Notes: a model not told the origin generated them from the letters alone. DNA of 64,000 nt from an uncultured virus (IMG/VR IMGVR_UViG_3300033075_000216) (IMGVR_UViG_3300033075_000216); one strand, 5' to 3'. Counted from the stretch's first letter, positions 36,271-45,159 are shown. Numbers and translations are program-made.

Positions 36271-36602
36271 TTTGCGAATGCGGAGCCTGGAAAGCCGAGC
36301 AACCAGGGCATAGTTTTTGGTGTCAATGTTTTGAGAAAACACACTACCAATGTTTTAATATGTTGGACGGTAAGCGTGCTTACTATGTCACAAACGACAC
36401 ACTCAAGATTGACTACGGAAAAAATTCATTAAACTATATATCTTATAACAAGACAATAGGAACAGTGGAGAGTTTTAGAAACTATGTGTCTAATGGTAAT
36501 ATACCTGATATAGTGTTTATAGAAAGACAAGCGGATCCACAAAGAGATCTTTTTTACGAAATATCTTTCGCTCTAACAAACACTACGATATACTACATTT
36601 AG
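36267..36602 (+). CDS. Hypothetical protein with N-terminal CxC...HxxWC motif
   Basis: CECGA......HSFWC. Confidence 0.5.
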   Translation: MICECGAWKAEQPGHSFWCQCFEKTHYQCFNMLDGKRAYYVTNDTLKIDYGKNSLNYISYNKTIGTVESFRNYVSNGNIPDIVFIERQADPQRDLFYEISFALTNTTIYYI

Positions 36603-36612
36603 GAGAAGGGAC

Positions 36613-36828
36613 ATGAACAAACAATTATTTCAAACGCTAGTAAGAGGAACAGTTACATTATACGAAGACATCTTAATGGAAGAGCTTAAGTATAGAGAAA
36701 AAGACAACACCATATTCTATAATAAAAAACGTCGAATTGTTACTGAAGCTTTAAGACAACAACTTATTAAAGACATTGAAGTGGCGGCTGCGGACATTCA
36801 TCGCCATTTTAATGACACCACTCACTAG
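36613..36828 (+). CDS. Hypothetical protein
   Basis: AGGAG RBS. Confidence 0.45.
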   Translation: MNKQLFQTLVRGTVTLYEDILMEELKYREKDNTIFYNKKRRIVTEALRQQLIKDIEVAAADIHRHFNDTTH

Positions 36829-36831
36829 AAC

Positions 36832-37221
36832 ATGAAAATATTAGTCATAGCACAAAACCCGTCTAAGAAAAACTTAGATGTTAATGTTCCTTTAGTTGGG
36901 ACAAAGTCATTGAAAATCTTTCTAGCTTGGTGTAAAGAGATGTTTATAGAAGAGTGCTTTATTATAAACGCTTCTGACAAACTAGGTAAGGTTTCGCTAA
37001 AGGACGCTAACCTTGAACGCATACAGAAACATGTGGTTGATGGGGGTTACGATAAAATTGTATGTCTAGGTAAGTATGCGGAGAAGAGTTTAAAGAAAGC
37101 TTGTCCGTACATTCGCCACTACACACTACCTCACCCCTCTGGTTTAAATAGAAAATTAAACAATAAGCACTATGTTAAAGCCGAATTAACAAACTGCTTA
37201 AGGTATTTGGTGGAGCCGTGA
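36832..37221 (+). CDS. Uracil-DNA glycosylase-like protein
   Basis: ILVIAQNPS, IVCLG, LPHPSGLNR. Confidence 0.75.
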   Translation: MKILVIAQNPSKKNLDVNVPLVGTKSLKIFLAWCKEMFIEECFIINASDKLGKVSLKDANLERIQKHVVDGGYDKIVCLGKYAEKSLKKACPYIRHYTLPHPSGLNRKLNNKHYVKAELTNCLRYLVEP

Positions 37222-37637
37222 GATATCTTATACAGAGTGTAATATTTCACATGCTTCCGTTATTACTGTTGCTCTTACAGGGCGGAGGAACTGGTAACGG
37301 AGACTACGAGTCTTACGATGATATAACAAAACGCGGAGGGCAAGATGGCGCTAAAGAAGAAACGGTGGAAGTGGAAGGCCTAGTGCCTCATGCTGACGAG
37401 CCGTGTGAGCATTTCTACGGCGGTATTGGTATAGTGCATGGAGCGGGTAATAAGATTGAAACTGTATATCCAGGTTACCCTGCGGACCTTGCTGGCATGG
37501 AAGCTGGTGATGAGATTATTTCTCCCGAAAGTGATATACGAGGGGAAATTGGTACAGAAGTTGCAATAGTGTATAAGAACAAAACTGGTAAAATAATTAC
37601 TTTACGATTAATTCGAGATAAAATTTGCACAAGATAG
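37218..37637 (+). CDS. Membrane-anchored PDZ-domain protein
   Basis: YGGIGI...VYPGYPADLAGMEAGDEI...IRGEIGTEV, like the PDZ of C-terminal processing proteases. Confidence 0.75.
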   Translation: MRYLIQSVIFHMLPLLLLLLQGGGTGNGDYESYDDITKRGGQDGAKEETVEVEGLVPHADEPCEHFYGGIGIVHGAGNKIETVYPGYPADLAGMEAGDEIISPESDIRGEIGTEVAIVYKNKTGKIITLRLIRDKICTR

Positions 37638-37673
37638 CGAGTAGTGTTAATTTAGTTTTAAAGGAGAAGGGAA

Positions 37674-38747
37674 GTGAATATAAAAGAAGTTCAAGAAGCA
37701 GTTAGGTTAATCCACGAGCATACAAACGTTACACCTATTCTAGTGGGACATCACGGAAAAGGTAAGTCCCAAGTTATACAACAAATTGCAAAAGAGGACG
37801 GCGTTGGTTTTATTGATTTGCGTCTAAGCACACAGGAAACCGGCGATCTTCTAGGTCTTCCTGAAATTATTCGCGACCACGAAGGTACTCCTGTTGCTAC
37901 AACGTTTATGAAGCCAAACTGGTTTCCAACAGAAGGACGCGGCATATTGTTCCTAGACGAGTTCAATCGTGCTAAGAAAGATGTGTTGCAGTCTATGCTT
38001 CAACTTGTTTTAGATAGACAATTTCACACACATGTTCTTCCTGAAGGCTGGAAGATTGTTGCTGCGTGTAATCCTGAGACAGATGACTATCCTGGTCTTG
38101 CTATTGATGACAAAGCCCTTATCGATAGATTCTGTTACATTAAATTTGAACCCACTGTAAACGAGTGGTTGTCTTTTGCTGAGTCTCAAGGCGCAAGCCC
38201 TGCTATCTTAGGCTTTATTCGTAAACAGCCTGAGATGTTAGAAGGTAAGCTTGAAGAGTTTTCTTTAGATTTCGTAGAGCCTTCTAGACGTTCTCTTCTC
38301 ACTCTAGCAAAACTACACAACAAGATTAAAGACAATCCTCTTTTTAAAGAAATTGCTTTCGGTATGATCGGTATTACAGCAACTGCTGCTATGATGAAAC
38401 ACATTCAAGAAAACGAAGTGTCTATTAGTGGCATGGAGCTACTTGCTAACTATCACGGAAATAAAGAGCTTATTGAGAAGCTTGTGACAAACTATCGAAT
38501 GGATGTCCTTAATACAGCAATTGATGAGATTGTTGCTAAACAAGACATCATAATCCAACATCACACTAATAATCTAAAACCTCTACTACTCGCTATTCCA
38601 GCCGAAGTGGGAATTAAACTATATAACCTATTAGAGAACATTCTCATGGAAGTAGAAAACGAAGATATTCTTTCCTACTTTAACGACGATGATTTGGTAA
38701 ACCATTTCGCCGCTGAAGCCGAGAAGACAGATGAGCCTCAAGAATAA
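37674..38747 (+). CDS. MoxR-like AAA+ ATPase
   Basis: Walker A GHHGKGKS, Walker B LFLDEFNR, IVAACNP, DKALIDRF. Confidence 0.85.
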   Translation: MNIKEVQEAVRLIHEHTNVTPILVGHHGKGKSQVIQQIAKEDGVGFIDLRLSTQETGDLLGLPEIIRDHEGTPVATTFMKPNWFPTEGRGILFLDEFNRAKKDVLQSMLQLVLDRQFHTHVLPEGWKIVAACNPETDDYPGLAIDDKALIDRFCYIKFEPTVNEWLSFAESQGASPAILGFIRKQPEMLEGKLEEFSLDFVEPSRRSLLTLAKLHNKIKDNPLFKEIAFGMIGITATAAMMKHIQENEVSISGMELLANYHGNKELIEKLVTNYRMDVLNTAIDEIVAKQDIIIQHHTNNLKPLLLAIPAEVGIKLYNLLENILMEVENEDILSYFNDDDLVNHFAAEAEKTDEPQE

Positions 38748-39837
38748 GTTTCAACAGGCGCTTTATAAAACTGTAAGTGATTATCCATATTACGGAAGTG
38801 TTATACTAAATTTACCAATTGAGTTTACAGATAAAATTCCCACTATGGGCATTACAGCCAAGGGTAAACTTAAACTCGTTGTTAATTTAAATTTTCTAGA
38901 ACCTTATTCCATAGAAGATTGTGTTAAGTTCATCATACACGAAGCTCAGCATATAACAAACGGACACGTCCTTCGTGGAAAAGATCTAAACCATCAACAG
39001 TTTAACATAGCGGCGGACATTGCAATAAATCAGAATATTAAAGATATGCCAGACACAGGGGCCAATGAAGTAATGTTTGCAACATTAAACAACGCTAAAA
39101 AGCATAGTCCTGATTTGCTACCAAATAAGCCTGCTGAGTATTATTACAACAGTATGCCCGAAAGCACTACTGTCGAATTAACCACATCTGACATTCACGA
39201 TTGGCTAGAAAGTGACATGATCGATGAAGAGATGAAAGAGCAGCTTCGCGACATACTAAAGAAATCAGAAGAATATGCTAAGGCTGTTAGCTCGTCAGTG
39301 CCTCCGGAACATCACACAACTATAAACGAACTAGCTCCTCCTAGACTATCTTGGAAAGCTCTTCTAAGACGCTTTGTCACTTCTGTTACAAGCATTGAAA
39401 CAGAAGAAACTAGGAAAAAACGTCACAGACGCTATGGAACACTTCACCCAGGGAACAAACGTCTGGAGAAAGTAAATCTCGGTGTTGCTGTGGACACTTC
39501 TGGCAGCATATCTGACGAAGAACTTCAAATGTTCATGTCTGAGATAAACGCCATTCACAAGCAAGGCGTAGAAATTACCCTCATCGAATGTGATGCTGAA
39601 GTGAGAAACGTATCTAAATTTAGTCCTAAGAAGAACAAAACCTTCAGCGGACGCGGAGGCACAGCCTACCAACCTGCCTTTGATAAAGCTAGAGAACTTG
39701 GCGTAGACGCTATTGTGTTCTTTGGTGACGGAGACAGCGCAGACACTCCCACTAAACCACGCTATCCGGTTCTTTGGGTTATGGTTAGAGGCAACGAACC
39801 GCCAGTGACATGGGGACGTGTGTCGAAGCTGTCTTAA
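38731..39837 (+). CDS. Metallopeptidase-VWA protein (DUF2201-like)
   Basis: HEAQH, FNIAADIAIN, MIDAS DTSGS, GRGGT, FGDG. Confidence 0.85.
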   Translation: MSLKNKFQQALYKTVSDYPYYGSVILNLPIEFTDKIPTMGITAKGKLKLVVNLNFLEPYSIEDCVKFIIHEAQHITNGHVLRGKDLNHQQFNIAADIAINQNIKDMPDTGANEVMFATLNNAKKHSPDLLPNKPAEYYYNSMPESTTVELTTSDIHDWLESDMIDEEMKEQLRDILKKSEEYAKAVSSSVPPEHHTTINELAPPRLSWKALLRRFVTSVTSIETEETRKKRHRRYGTLHPGNKRLEKVNLGVAVDTSGSISDEELQMFMSEINAIHKQGVEITLIECDAEVRNVSKFSPKKNKTFSGRGGTAYQPAFDKARELGVDAIVFFGDGDSADTPTKPRYPVLWVMVRGNEPPVTWGRVSKLS

Positions 39838-39840
39838 GAC

Positions 39841-40675
39841 ATGTCTCCCACTTACTTAACAACGTTAGATCTCCCGCCTAATTTAATAGTGTCTGTTGAC
39901 GTAAACTTCACTCATGGAAGCCTTGTCGTGTTTGTCTACACTACAGATAGAACTGTTGTCAATCGCATCGATGTAGATTGGGCGGTTATGTACAATACAC
40001 CCAAACTGGAAGCTGTGGTTAAAAACACACCCTTATATAAACTATATGATTCTAAGTATTATAGAAAAAAGCATACCAAAAAATCTTAGGTTTCACACTC
40101 GATACGCGACCAGCTCCGACTCCTATATAATATCCCTATTTTATAATAAAAGAATACAACAGTTTGAGGTGGCAATGCCTATAAACGAAGAGGGTATGCT
40201 TGAGGCTATAAAACAATGTATTCTGTACAAATTAGCAACAAGTAAATGGGGGATGCGTGCTTCTGACAGACTTTGAGAGAATGGTGAAACAGCATAATCC
40301 TGATATAAGACTTTTCCACGACTACTATCAGGAGCATGTCGTAGTGTTTTCTGACAAGTATAGCTATATAATTGACTTTTATAGAGTGTCTAGTGGAAAC
40401 CTACCTAAGTCGTTTTATAGGTTTCTAACTGTTTCGTCGTCTAAATGGATAAAAAGGAGAATGTTGTGTCAAAAGAAGAATTTGAAGACTTGGTGATGAA
40501 AACACATCCCAAGCTGTTCCTGGTGACGTATGATCACAAAGACGTCGTAGGACTATACTACAACGACACTTACTTGTTCGATGTAACAGGATATGAGTTG
40601 GCGCAACCTCAGCTACCCGATAGAGTAAGGCGCATATTAAAACTATGTAGTACTAAGTGGGCTCGTCTGCCTTAG
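39841..40675 (+). other. Four small CDS (39841-40089, 40046-40276, 40257-40496, 40445-40675) with the shared C-terminal motif
   Basis: DSKYYRKK / TSKWGMR / SSKWIKRR / STKWARL. Confidence 0.55.
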
Positions 40676-40832
40676 GGCGATATTTCTTCCTTCCCCACTT
40701 GGTGTTGTCTCTTATGTTTTTAAACCTTTTAAGACGAGGAAGCAGGTCGTCTCGTTCATGAGGCTCTAATATACCAATCATAACCAACACCTCAAGTTCA
40801 TGCTCTATTTCTTCAAGCTCGCCGCTAAACAT
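40653..40832 (-). CDS. Small protein (59 aa, not in ORF track) with the shared motif
   Basis: MFSGELEEIEHELEVLVMIGILEPHERDDLLPRLKRFKNIRDNTKWGRKKYRPKADEPT. Confidence 0.55.
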   Translation of the reverse strand: MFSGELEEIEHELEVLVMIGILEPHERDDLLPRLKRFKNIRDNTKWGRKKYRPKADEPT

Positions 40833-41100
40833 TTTGACGAGTCTTCTTATTCATACATTTCTTAGAACACATACGAGCCGTGTGTCTGGCAGGGGTGAAG
40901 GTCTCCCCGCATATAACGCACGCCTTGGGGGCATGGCTGCGTTTAACGTAGCCGGTACGAAGCCTACCCTTAAAACAGTCATAGCACGTCCTACCGTGCC
41001 ATTGGCCGCCGTTATCATCGATGTAGACGAAGTTACGCCCTTCTGTCACACCCTTTAATACATACTGCTTCTCTACATTACAAATTTTACAAGTTCTCAT
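40825..41100 (-). CDS. Double Zn-finger protein
   Basis: CKIC, CYDC, CVIC, CSKKC; directly after late motif copy 6. Confidence 0.7.
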   Translation of the reverse strand: MRTCKICNVEKQYVLKGVTEGRNFVYIDDNGGQWHGRTCYDCFKGRLRTGYVKRSHAPKACVICGETFTPARHTARMCSKKCMNKKTRQNV

Positions 41101-41103
41101 ATA

Positions 41104-41116
41104 ATATAGTTGTTAA
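41104..41116 (-). promoter_or_regulatory. Putative late promoter motif (copy 6)
   Basis: Exact 13-mer, 3 nt before ATG 41100. Confidence 0.65.
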
Positions 41117-41144
41117 TTGCCTGTAAAAATCCTATACTGTTATT

Positions 41145-41844
41145 ATGAAGAAGGGTGACTTAGTGATATTCCGCACTCCTTGGGACGACTCGCGCAGTTT
41201 AGGTGTTCTTGTAGAAGATGTGACCTCTAAACATGTTCATATATTCATATTGAGTGATGACTTGCGCTGCCCTCGTTATTCTGTAGTTTCAGCTGATTGT
41301 TTAACCCTTATAGAGTGTAAGTGGCTTCGCTATAAGAATAAGACCCTTATAGATAAGGTAACCTTAAAATGAAGAAAGGTGACCTTGCGTTTACAACTTC
41401 TCCTTGGGATAGAAGTTTATGCATATTAGCGGAAGACGTGGTATCGGAGTATGTTCACGTGTATACCGTTAAATGGGGAGTTATAGCTACCAGAGACGAG
41501 CTAACTGTCATAGAATGTAAATGGTTGAAGCTTAAATATAGAAAATATGTAGACGATGCTAAACAAGGACGTTTGTCATGAAACTTGGAGACCTGGTGAT
41601 GGTTACCCGAGAAGATAGATATGGCTATGGCCTGGTGGGGGTGTATGTCAGCCCTTATTATACAAACCTAGCCAGGGTGCACTTCCGCAACCACGAACAC
41701 TCTGGATTATATAGTATCAGTGCTTTAAGGGTTGTAAACTGTAAATGGTTAGAGTATAAGTATAGAAAGGAGATAAATTATGTTAAAGAGAATGATAGAG
41801 CGTTTAAGGAACTTATTGATGAATTTAAGAAACAGGGCGTCTGA
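41145..41844 (+). other. Three paralogous KOW/SH3-like small CDS (41145-41372, 41369-41581, 41578-41844)
   Basis: MKxGDL N-termini; [IV][EN]CKWL..K C-termini. Confidence 0.6.
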
Positions 41845-42151
41845 GGTTCAAGAAGCCCTACCCTCTCCTCCGGCTACTTATAACGAGGTGGCTAACGTAA
41901 ACACTGTTACTATTAGAGTGTCGTTGGATAATGGTTTATTCGTCAATAAAGTGTTTGAATCTCGCTGGGATGCTGATGGTCATCTAGAGGAATCTGCACT
42001 GGAGCAGTATGAAGGCTTCAAACGTGACCTTGCGTTTAACTCCGGGAAAGGATTCTTTAAATTAGAGAATGTAGCCCACTATGCAGGGGTTACAAAGATC
42101 GAAGAGTTTTACGCAGTGAGCACAGTGACGGTTACCAGGAAGGCCGCGTAA
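41780..42151 (+). CDS. Hypothetical protein
   Basis: AAGGAG RBS; 123 aa. Confidence 0.5.
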   Translation: MLKRMIERLRNLLMNLRNRASEVQEALPSPPATYNEVANVNTVTIRVSLDNGLFVNKVFESRWDADGHLEESALEQYEGFKRDLAFNSGKGFFKLENVAHYAGVTKIEEFYAVSTVTVTRKAA

Positions 42152-42181
42152 GCGCTAACGCCTTACAGCCTGACACTGTTT

Positions 42182-43167
42182 ATGACCATACATTATGTAC
42201 GCCTAGACAAGACAGGCTATTACATCGTGCATCAAGACAGCCGCACCTACTTACTTCACTTAGACGACAACAGAGCTTTGGAGATATTGAATACAAAGTT
42301 TATGAAAAAGAAGTTATATCGCATTAAACATCTTATAACATTAGCAGATGTCTACAAGGGGATAAAGCTTGAAGATACTTAGAGTGCATGTAGATCCTAA
42401 TCATATCGTTGTGTTATATGACGACTGGACAATAGCCACCGACCATAGTGCTAGAGCAAAGTTATATACGATTGATAACTTAATGGATTATGACTATTTT
42501 ATGAACGGTAGGATATGTAAAAACATTACACATATTTATACGACAAAGTGGGGACGGAGAAGATATGGGAAAAGACTTAACGTCTTACAGCTTAGCATTG
42601 GTTTATGAAAATATACAAGATGTCTAAAATTCCGCCTACTTACGTAGTTGATATTCCCAACCTGGTAAGATTAGTTGTTGTTGAAAGAAATAGACGCGGA
42701 AAGTATATTCTTCAAAAAAAACCTGCTACAGAAATAGAAATTAGACTTTGTAAGCTATTGAATACAAAGCACTATCGCAATAGGTTGAATAGATTATGAT
42801 ATTACGAGCGCACATAGGTGAGGAAAGAATTAGCATCTTACAGCTCGGCATTGCTCTCCCCACCTTCGGACAAGATATGAAGATATATAAAGTAATGTGG
42901 TTTTCAGCTTGTAATAAGGTAAAGGAGCAAGACTTATTAATAAATACTAGAAACAATTGGTTTAAATATACAAACAATGAGCTTATTAGTATTCCTACTT
43001 GTACAGAGATGTTACATTTTTCAGATGATGTGTATAGCATTAGTTGTAAGTGTACTTTTATGTGTAGGATTCTTATAAAGCCCAAGTTAAATATAAATAA
43101 CACTAAATGGCATAGGATTAAACATAGAAAGCTATTCATTGCTATAGAGGGACTTAATGCATTATGA
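42182..43167 (+). other. Four small CDS (42182-42382, 42369-42608, 42605-42799, 42877-43167) with the shared C-terminal motif
   Basis: NTKFMKKK / TTKWGRRRY / NTKHYRNR / NTKWHRIKH. Confidence 0.55.
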
Positions 43168-43487
43168 AGATAGCATGTTTAAGGCCTCTAGCAGGCTGTC
43201 TGTTGAACGTAAACAGAGTGGTTGAGGGTAAGGTAGCAACCAGGGTGTGTTTGTGGCTATAGAGGGGAAACAGGTGCGGGAGGAATGAAGGTTTTACAGG
43301 GTGATGTTTTCTCAAAGTGGTGGAGAGGGTATAAGTCTATTCCCACTCCCCCTCAAACCTCCCCTACCCCCCTGGCATGCCCGCTGGATAAAACAAGACA
43401 GCATACGTTTTGCTTTCGCAAAGCCGTGGTGTTGGTTGACAACTAGGTTAGATTAGGCTAACATGTTAATAAGGTGTATGTTTTATG

Positions 43488-43505
43488 TTGGCATGCTTTT
43501 TGCAA
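43488..43505 (+). promoter_or_regulatory. Sigma-54-like -24/-12 element
   Basis: TTGGCATGCTTTTTGCAA, GG-N10-GC; no clear downstream ORF. Confidence 0.45.
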
Positions 43506-43989
43506 GACAACGTGTTTTCGTTTGATGAAAGCAAGTTATTGTAATTCTTAGTAAGAAGGTTTAAGTATTGAGAATGTTTAAGGAATAAAAACGTATTGGA
43601 GATGTATTGCACTAACCCTCTCCTTCCTTCCCTCTTCTCTCCTCTTCCATGTCTTCATCCAACCACATGTCTTCGTTGTATATATTCATTATAGAAACAC
43701 ATATAAACCTGTACAGCTATGTTATTGACATGCTTAGATATTGGTGTCTCGCCCTCACTTGATGGTTCGGGCTACAAAACAACGGGAAGAATGCCCGAGA
43801 CGTGCGAACGTATTACAAGCTCTTGGCTTGTCGCTAGACAAACGAACTGGGCGTCGCTTGACGCGCGCCGGTTGCGACTGTTCGCTAACATGCTTATGTT
43901 TAAGATATTCTGTAATATACAGAGACTCAATAGCTCAGCGAGCCAACAAAGGCGAGCGATAGTGTTTAAAACAAAGTAGGGTTTACTAG

Positions 43990-44481
43990 ACATACCAGTC
44001 CCAATAATGCCTAATTGTTCATGGGCAAGTTGTTGCTGTTGATAAAGAATACCAACCTATATGCTTTCCTTTTACCTAGCCCGGAAAGTTAGGGCTTCCT
44101 TGATTTTGTAACCGTGTATTTCTTACCCTGTAAGTTCATTACACTCACTACAGATAGATGACACGAACAATAGGTTTTCAAGGTACCATGTAGAGCCTTT
44201 TGGGTTTACACTCGTGTGGCTTCTGGTAGGACATTTATCCTATTCGTCCAGTATGTGGCCTACAGTCTATTTGATAGTAGGTCCCACGGTGCATGTCTCT
44301 CTACATTGCCCTGGCTACCACGACAAGTGTCTTTTGGTGCTTGCCCCACGCTCTGAGCCAGATCTTAGCATCATCCAAGCTTGCGGCTTGGCGGGTACGT
44401 TCTATTACCATGCCAGACTAAACGTACAACTTTCTGACAATATGCTTAATACATTAACACTGCCGGTGACACAGTGTCAAT
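43990..44481 (-). ncRNA. Candidate large structured ncRNA
   Basis: Begins right after late motif copy 7; many nested stems; three stems give G-U pairs on minus but A-C mismatches on plus. Confidence 0.5.
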
Positions 44482-44494
44482 ATATAGTTGTTAA
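44482..44494 (-). promoter_or_regulatory. Putative late promoter motif (copy 7), not followed by an ORF
   Basis: Exact 13-mer. Confidence 0.6.
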
Positions 44495-44553
44495 TTCTCC
44501 AAGATATTCTTATGGTGACATTTTACGTCAATACAACAGTAATAGTTTCGCGT

Positions 44554-44651
44554 GGTTCAAAAATTGTCAGACATTCGTCTAAGTCTTAAACACATAAACT
44601 ACATCCAACCTCTTGATGTTCTTAGCCGCGCGTTGTGGCACAGCACATGCA
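44554..44651 (+). promoter_or_regulatory. Sigma-54 promoter with conserved upstream box (early 1)
   Basis: TGGCACAGCACATGCA (GG at 44637); box AAATTGTCAGACATTCGTCTAAGTCTTAAACA. Confidence 0.6.
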
Positions 44652-44664
44652 TTAGCTTATATAC

Positions 44665-44766
44665 ATGAACGCTTTATTAAACCTAACAATAGCGATAGTA
44701 ATAATGGCCGCTTGTTTCTATGTTCATCCTGTTCTTGGCATCATTAGCGTTTGGGCTTTGTTATAA
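44665..44766 (+). CDS. Small hydrophobic protein (33 aa)
   Basis: MNALLNLTIAIVIMAACFYVHPVLGIISVWALL, just after the sigma-54 site. Confidence 0.45.
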   Translation: MNALLNLTIAIVIMAACFYVHPVLGIISVWALL

Positions 44767-44779
44767 TCTAGGAGGTTTT

Positions 44780-44929
44780 ATGACACAACTTATACAAGAG
44801 TACATGCGTATACATTCAAAGTGGGTGTACAATTCAATAGAGGGCGTGCCAGAGGCCTTAAAATGGGAATATACACAAGACCAACTTATGCTTAGCTGGC
44901 TTAGAACTAAAATACAGGAAATGTTATGA
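44780..44929 (+). CDS. Hypothetical protein (start MTQLIQEY)
   Basis: AGGAGG RBS before ATG 44780. Confidence 0.5.
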   Translation: MTQLIQEYMRIHSKWVYNSIEGVPEALKWEYTQDQLMLSWLRTKIQEML

Positions 44930-45159
44930 AACGCACAATTACAATAAAGAAATTACATAAGGACCTAGGCTTTGCTTTGGCGGATTCTTACGATGTTAAG
45001 GACGTTTTTATCAGCGTTGCGTCTAAGTTTTCAAACAAACAAGAGTTTAAACATTTAGAAATAGGTGATAAGCTTAAAGTATCAATTGTGGAATGCGAAA
45101 GAGGTTTATTTGCCTATAGTATCAATTACGTAACTAAGGCTTTTAAGGAGATGTTGTGA
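44926..45159 (+). CDS. Cold-shock/OB-fold-like protein
   Basis: K.L....GFA......DVF.......F..LE.GD.L...I....RG..A. Confidence 0.55.
   Translation: MKRTITIKKLHKDLGFALADSYDVKDVFISVASKFSNKQEFKHLEIGDKLKVSIVECERGLFAYSINYVTKAFKEML

Noticed and set aside
42156..42853. Junction repeats as integron attC sites
   Set aside because: About 30 bp, too short; lack a proper RYYYAAC/GTTRRRY inverted structure; no integron integrase seen
43719..44582. ORFs 43719-43979, 43741-43962, 43772-43993 and 44214-44582
   Set aside because: They overlap on both strands, lack an RBS and have atypical composition; better explained as shadows of structured non-coding sequence
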